Below, piece after piece: positions 5,584-8,566 of a stretch of DNA of 8,566 bases. How positions within the stretch are numbered: the stretch's first letter is position 1; every line of letters begins with the position of its first letter. Source of the DNA: a virus (Duplodnaviria; Heunggongvirae; Uroviricota; Caudoviricetes). Both the position numbers and the translations under genes were made by a program. The stretch lies in the IMG/VR virus record IMGVR_UViG_2671180710_000015; one strand, written 5' to 3'. A model generated the notes under the pieces. The model ran no database searches. It was given only the letters and a program-made list of their open reading frames with translations, and was not told the origin of the DNA.

Positions 5584-5613
5584 GAACACCACCTAACAGT
5601 AAGGAGAACAGAG

Positions 5614-5793
5614 ATGCCAACAGGTACAACCAACAACAAGTCACAACAAAAAACTGCTAGAGTACCTCTAGACGTTTTAAGCGAAATGAATTTGGTAAAA
5701 GAAGAAAACGAAACAGACGCACAATTTATCGTTACTGCCATGCGCGGCGAAATCAAACGCCGCCAGCGTCGCAAGGCCAAAGAATCAGAATAA
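5614..5793 (+). CDS. Ribbon-helix-helix-like small DNA-binding protein, 59 aa (candidate island repressor)
   Basis: AAGGAG (5601-5606) lies 7 nt before the ATG. The pattern ARVPLDVLSEMNLVKEENETDAQFIVTAMRGEIKRRQ fits a beta-strand, helix, helix (Arc/CopG-like) layout. The gene is divergent from the replication operon. Confidence 0.6.
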   Translation: MPTGTTNNKSQQKTARVPLDVLSEMNLVKEENETDAQFIVTAMRGEIKRRQRRKAKESE

Positions 5794-5802
5794 TCACTAT
5801 CA

Positions 5803-5829
5803 GCGCCGTGGTGTGAGGTACTACGGCGC
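5803..5829 (+). other. 10-bp stem hairpin 10 nt downstream of the RHH gene stop
   Basis: GCGCCGTGGT (5803-5812) pairs with ACTACGGCGC (5820-5829), including one G-U pair. The weak U-rich tail is ATTGCTTT. It could be an attenuator or an mRNA stabiliser. Confidence 0.4.
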
Positions 5830-5850
5830 ATTGCTTTACAGGGCAGTACC

Positions 5851-6078
5851 ATGACCAACAACACACTATCACCAATACAAGACACGCAAACGCAAGATGA
5901 TGAAATCATCCGGCAAAGGCAGTCAGAAGCCTGCGCCAGACTTGAGGAAGAACTAACCAGAACAAAAATACCACCACCAGCGCCGCGCTTAGTGCCACCA
6001 GAAAAATTTGCCCTTGAAGATTTTGTCGATAAATACCCACGGCGGCTTAAATCCGGCAAAAACCGACCGCCAGGATGA
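5851..6078 (+). CDS. Hypothetical 75-aa protein (weak call)
   Basis: The ORF is in the same frame as 5614-5793, separated only by one TAA and 19 sense codons. The SD is weak, rare codons are frequent and a Pro-rich centre (KIPPPAPRLVPPEK) is present. No family was recognised. Confidence 0.35.
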   Translation: MTNNTLSPIQDTQTQDDEIIRQRQSEACARLEEELTRTKIPPPAPRLVPPEKFALEDFVDKYPRRLKSGKNRPPG

Positions 6079-6080
6079 GT

Positions 6081-6240
6081 GCACAAAACCGAACTATGAA
6101 ACGGATTATTCCGTTTCCGGGGCGTTTGTGTGTGTATAAAGAGTAAGCTATGCTCTTTTATAGCCATAATCGTTACCTCAATTAATGGTTTGGTTAGAAG
6201 CCCGTTGGTGTTCATAGCGCCAGCGGGCTTTGCTTTTTGT
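6081..6240. repeat. Copy B of the duplicated leader module; on the plus strand it is a candidate sRNA / structured 3' UTR
   Basis: It carries the same ordered blocks as copy A: CGTTTGTGTGTGT (6123-6135), CCAT (6164-6167), TTACCTC (6173-6179) and TGGTTAGA (6191-6198), then a terminator. An extra perfect hairpin GAAACGGA-ttat-TCCGTTTC (6098-6117) is nested inside an outer CACAAAAC/GTTTGTG stem. Confidence 0.65.
6199..6240 (+). terminator. Rho-independent terminator, plus strand
   Basis: GCCCGUUGG (6200-6208) pairs with CCAGCGGGC (6220-6228), followed by UUUGCUUUUUGU. Confidence 0.6.
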
Positions 6241-6258
6241 GTTGATTGTGTGTAATAT
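6230..6258 (+). promoter_or_regulatory. Possible promoter of the second RHH-like gene
   Basis: TTGCTT (6230-6235), a 17-nt spacer and TAATAT (6253-6258). TGTAAT/ATTACA motifs lie at 6251-6256, 6277-6282 and 6288-6293; the last two flank the SD. Confidence 0.35.
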
Positions 6259-6297
6259 GTCACTACACATAAATACATTACATGAGGTGTAATTAAC

Positions 6298-6477
6298 ATG
6301 TCAATACACAAAAACGAAAGGCGTGGTAATCCTCCGTTCCAGTTCCGTTTAGATCCTGACTTACGGGAAAAGATGGAAAAGGCACAACAACATGACGGCG
6401 ATGATTCTCTTGCTGCCTGGATAAAGCGAATAATCCGCAAAGAATTACAGCAACGCGGCATAGAACCCAAAGGGTAA
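6298..6477 (+). CDS. Ribbon-helix-helix (Arc/CopG-like) small DNA-binding protein, 59 aa
   Basis: Hand-translated and below the track cut-off: MSIHKNERRGNPPFQFRLDPDLREKMEKAQQHDGDDSLAAWIKRIIRKELQQRGIEPKG. GAGGTG lies upstream of the ATG. It has the classic RHH layout of FQFRLDP strand, LREKMEKA helix and SLAAWIKRIIRKEL helix. Confidence 0.65.
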   Translation: MSIHKNERRGNPPFQFRLDPDLREKMEKAQQHDGDDSLAAWIKRIIRKELQQRGIEPKG

Positions 6478-6566
6478 TTACATTGCCCACCAGCCTGATA
6501 GCGGCTATCATTCCCGTGCTTATGTTTGGGATCACATAAGGCGCAGCAGGTTAATTGTTCACAAGG

Positions 6567-6592
6567 GCGTTCCGGCAACGGGGCGCTTTTTG
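6567..6592 (+). terminator. Rho-independent terminator (plus strand), convergent with the alpA 3' end
   Basis: GCGUUCCG-GCAA-CGGGGCGC is an 8-bp stem with two G-U pairs and a GNRA loop, followed by UUUUUGUU. On the minus strand no U-tract follows, so alpA read-through is possible. Confidence 0.6.
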
Positions 6593-6621
6593 TTATGTTC
6601 ATCGTGTTATGCCTCACACCA

Positions 6622-6828
6622 TTACGCAGCCGTTCCGCGTGCTTCCTGCTCACGTTCTTTCATCCATGCGATTACGTCTTCCTCATACCATCCGCGACGG
6701 CGTAAACCAACGCGAAAACCCTGCGGAAATTCTCCGGCGTTGATCATGCTTTGAAGCGTGCTGTCTGCCTTGATGTGGATAAGTTTTTTTACTTCCTGGC
6801 GAAAGATGACTTTTTTGATTGCTTCCAT
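6622..6828 (-). CDS. alpA: AlpA-family transcriptional regulator / excisionase-like HTH protein, 68 aa
   Basis: Typical Phage_AlpA pattern: FRQEVKKLIHIKADSTLQSMINAGEFPQGFRVGLRRRGWYEEDVIAWM. AAGGT lies 8 nt upstream of the ATG. Confidence 0.85.
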   Translation of the reverse strand: MEAIKKVIFRQEVKKLIHIKADSTLQSMINAGEFPQGFRVGLRRRGWYEEDVIAWMKEREQEARGTAA

Positions 6829-6846
6829 CGTGATTTACCTTGTGAA

Positions 6847-6921
6847 TCCGGTGTATTCCGGTGACAAATACGGTAAATCATCGGATATGGGTAAAAACAG
6901 TTCCCACCGTTTTTAAACGGT
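6847..6921. promoter_or_regulatory. Repeat motifs in the alpA upstream region
   Basis: The direct repeat TCCGGTG occurs at 6847-6853 and 6857-6863, one helical turn apart. The palindrome ACCGTTT-TT-AAACGGT lies at 6906-6921. No convincing sigma70 hexamers were found by eye. Confidence 0.3.
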
Positions 6922-6961
6922 TAGAATCGTTTTTTATGTTGGTGATTTGAAAGGGATTTAT

Positions 6962-6987
6962 AAAAAAAGCGGCATTTCTGCCGCTTT
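6962..6987 (-). terminator. Rho-independent terminator after the int-proximal 83-codon ORF
   Basis: The minus-strand RNA reads AAAGCGGCA-GAAA-UGCCGCUUU followed by UUUU, starting 8 nt after the TAA at 6998-6996. It insulates int/orf83 from alpA. Confidence 0.8.
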
Positions 6988-6995
6988 GAGGATTG

Positions 6996-7247
6996 TTACC
7001 GCCATTTTTTTGGCCTGCCTCCGGTCTTCATGGTTGCCGGACGAACTACCCTGTCGATACTTTCAGCCATATTCCTGGATGCCCCACGGGATACCAGGAA
7101 ATCTACTACCTGTTTTTTTGATGGGGCCGTCGTTCTGTCCTCCGGATCGTAGGTTGACCAAAATTCATGCTGAACCATCAGGGCCAGTTGCAGCCCGTCG
7201 CAATTGCATCTGAAATTTTTTTGCATCTTAACGGTTTCATGTTTCAC
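6996..7247 (-). CDS. Hypothetical 83-aa protein, possibly DNA-binding (basic C-terminus GGRPKKWR)
   Basis: The ORF lies between int and alpA and is followed by a strong terminator. The start is uncertain (GTG 7247 or ATG 7226) and both have weak SDs. The HTH-like segment is KKQVVDFLVSRGASRNMAESIDRVVRP. Confidence 0.5.
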   Translation of the reverse strand: MKHETVKMQKNFRCNCDGLQLALMVQHEFWSTYDPEDRTTAPSKKQVVDFLVSRGASRNMAESIDRVVRPATMKTGGRPKKWR

Positions 7248-7271
7248 GGCCTTGTCGTTAAATTTGATGCA

Positions 7272-7317
7272 ATTATACGACGGTTTTACATGGTTTTCGT
7301 AGTTTTTACTGGTTTTC
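7272..7317 (-). promoter_or_regulatory. Perfect -10 (TATAAT) preceded by four helically phased A-tract repeats
   Basis: The minus-strand TATAAT lies at 7277-7272. On the plus strand, GGTTTTA (7282), GGTTTTC (7292), GTTTTTA (7302) and GGTTTTC (7311) occur at 10, 10 and 9 bp spacing. There is no -35 consensus. Confidence 0.35.
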
Positions 7318-7324
7318 TGTACAG

Positions 7325-8566
7325 CTAAACGGCTCGGATACCCCTTTTACCACTGGCGAGGGTTACGCCCGTCGCCGCAGCCTCGACAAATTCGCCCCAC
7401 CAGCGCATAAGCACCACGCGTTTTTCTATGTAGTTGCTCCGGTTGTATGCCCGTCTCACTTCGTTAGTGTCGACGTGGGCAAGTGCGGCCTCGATTACGT
7501 CCGGCTCGAATCCTTCCTCGTTCGCTGCTGTACTGAATATGGCGCGTAATCCATGAGACACCAGCACGCCAGCGAACCCCATGCGTCGTAATGCTGCGTT
7601 TGCTGTCTGGCTGTTCATTGGCTGCCGTGGGTCTTTCAGACTCGGGAAAACATAATCGCGGTGGTGGCTGATTGGTTTCATGGCCTCCAGCACCGCCATA
7701 GCCTGACCGGAAAGTGGGATAACGTGATCCCTGCGCATCTTCATGCGTCCGGCGGGTATCGTCCAGCGTTGCGCGTCCAGGTCGATTTCATCCCACCGCG
7801 TTGATGACGCTTCGGCGGGACGGGTTACGGTCAGTAACTGCCATTCAATCAGTAATCTGGTCTGCCGTTCTGTTGCCGATACTGATAAAGCCTGCATAAG
7901 CTCCGGCAACTGTTCGGGGCGGATTGTTGGCATATGTTTTTTTACAGGGGAGGGGAACGCCTTACGCACATTCATAGCCGGATTGGCATCAATCAGCCCA
8001 CTGTTGGCGGCGTAATCCATTACCTCATTAACGCGCTGTAAAACCCGTTTGAGTGTTTCCAGGTTGCCGCGCTCCTTGATGGGGGTAAGCACCTCAACGA
8101 ACCTGCGAGCGGTCAGGGTGTCTATTGGGGTGTTGCCGATGAACGGGAATACATATTTATCCAGCGATCGCCAGATGTCTTTAATCGTGTTGGGGGCCAG
8201 ATTCTGGCTGATTTTCACCTGGTACCATGCCGCCGCCACATTTTCGAACGTGTTCCCTTGTCTTCGGGCCTCTGCCTCTCGTTTTTTCTTCTCATGGCCC
8301 TGCGGGTCAGTTCCGGCACTGATTAACGCTCTGTACTCGCTACGGCGTTTTCTGGCATCAGCCAGGGAAACATCATCAAGCGATCCAAAACTCAGCAATA
8401 TTCTTTTTTTGTCCGATGGCCGGTAGTAGGAAAATCGCCAGAGTTTTGATCCGGACGGTTTGACCAGGAGAAAAAGCCCTCCGCCGTCCTGTAGGGTGTA
8501 TTCCTTTTCCGCTGGTCTGGCTGCTTTGATCTGCACCGTGGTTAATGGGGGTGTTTTTCTCGCCAT
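7325..8566 (-). CDS. int: Tyrosine recombinase/integrase, P4-type (DUF4102 N-terminal arm-binding domain plus catalytic domain), 413 aa
   Basis: The N-terminus LTTVQIKAARPAEKEYTLQDGGGLFLLVKPSGSKLWRFSYY is the classic P4-like integrase signature. Catalytic motifs are present: TVTRPAEA (Arg), HGLRAIF (His-x-x-Arg) and AHVDTNEVRRAYNRSNY (His and Tyr). The ATG is at the window edge. Confidence 0.95.
   Translation of the reverse strand: MARKTPPLTTVQIKAARPAEKEYTLQDGGGLFLLVKPSGSKLWRFSYYRPSDKKRILLSFGSLDDVSLADARKRRSEYRALISAGTDPQGHEKKKREAEARRQGNTFENVAAAWYQVKISQNLAPNTIKDIWRSLDKYVFPFIGNTPIDTLTARRFVEVLTPIKERGNLETLKRVLQRVNEVMDYAANSGLIDANPAMNVRKAFPSPVKKHMPTIRPEQLPELMQALSVSATERQTRLLIEWQLLTVTRPAEASSTRWDEIDLDAQRWTIPAGRMKMRRDHVIPLSGQAMAVLEAMKPISHHRDYVFPSLKDPRQPMNSQTANAALRRMGFAGVLVSHGLRAIFSTAANEEGFEPDVIEAALAHVDTNEVRRAYNRSNYIEKRVVLMRWWGEFVEAAATGVTLASGKRGIRAV

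Larger units (their letters stand above)
1..8566 (-). mobile_element. Internal fragment of an integrative phage satellite (PICI / capsid-forming-PICI-like, P4-type integrase); element ends are outside the window
   Basis: Co-linear minus-strand set of int, alpA, a helicase with an adjacent iteron origin, ssb, terS and an HK97-type capsid gene within 8.6 kb. No tail, lysis, terL, portal or protease genes occur in the window. Genes are tightly packed with ATGA-type overlaps. Confidence 0.7.

Noticed and set aside
5614-6078. An RHH gene plus a downstream small ORF, considered as a type II toxin-antitoxin pair.
   Set aside because: The downstream 75-aa product is Pro-rich and hydrophilic and resembles no toxin fold I recognise. 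The 57-nt gap with a hairpin and the weak SD are atypical for TA operons.
6293-6535. An 80-aa minus-strand ORF with a hydrophobic N-terminal half, considered as a possible small membrane toxin.
   Set aside because: It is entirely antisense to the better-supported RHH-like gene 6298-6477, has no SD, and its C-terminal part is junk-like.
5457-6653. A 398-codon open frame on the minus strand spans the whole control region. An internal ATG at 6167 has a GAGGTAA SD.
   Set aside because: The translation is Cys/Ser/Arg-rich and not protein-like. Its start overlaps the alpA 3' end and has no SD. It runs antisense to three plus-strand ORFs, two of which have good SDs and all of which share one frame (a typical shadow-frame effect). 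It also crosses several terminator hairpins. An open frame this long across non-coding stretches is statistically odd. It may reflect the duplicated Icd-like start at 6167. A homology search or ribosome profiling would settle it.
1-8566. Search for tRNA/tmRNA genes, att direct repeats, CRISPR arrays, IS elements, retron-like or large defence genes.
   Set aside because: None was seen. The window starts and ends exactly at CDS boundaries, so the integrase-adjacent attachment site and any cargo hotspot beyond the capsid gene cannot be assessed here.

Overview
The window reads as an internal slice of an integrative phage satellite from an enterobacterial-type genome. It resembles a PICI or capsid-forming PICI and carries a P4-type integrase. 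Both window edges coincide with CDS ends (capsid stop at 1-3, int ATG at 8566-8564), so att sites and any further morphogenesis genes lie outside. Almost all genes are on the minus strand. In transcription order (right to left) they are: int (8566-7325); an 83-codon ORF followed by a strong terminator; alpA (6828-6622); a roughly 1.2 kb A+T-rich control region; and an early/replication operon (5429-2182). That operon holds an Icd-like gene, an acidic low-GC ORF, a DUF4222-like ORF, a RepA/AAA_25-type helicase, an iteron origin, an ORF, ssb and a PerC-like regulator, and it ends at a textbook terminator. A late operon follows from an A+T-rich promoter region (2063-1): two small ORFs, a structured GC-rich dyad with GTGTAACTTTT repeats, terS, a 53-codon ORF and an HK97-fold major capsid gene. 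The control region (5430-6621) holds three small plus-strand genes convergent with alpA; two of them are 59-aa ribbon-helix-helix-like proteins. It also holds a perfect 13-bp inverted repeat bracketing a leftward promoter. The translation-initiation region of the Icd-like gene and an adjacent terminator hairpin are duplicated in direct orientation about 740 bp away. This layout recalls the antisense-RNA immunity of P1 (c4-icd) and P4 (CI RNA). All functional calls rest on by-eye motif recognition and ORF context; no searches were run. No tRNA, rRNA, CRISPR array or IS element was seen.
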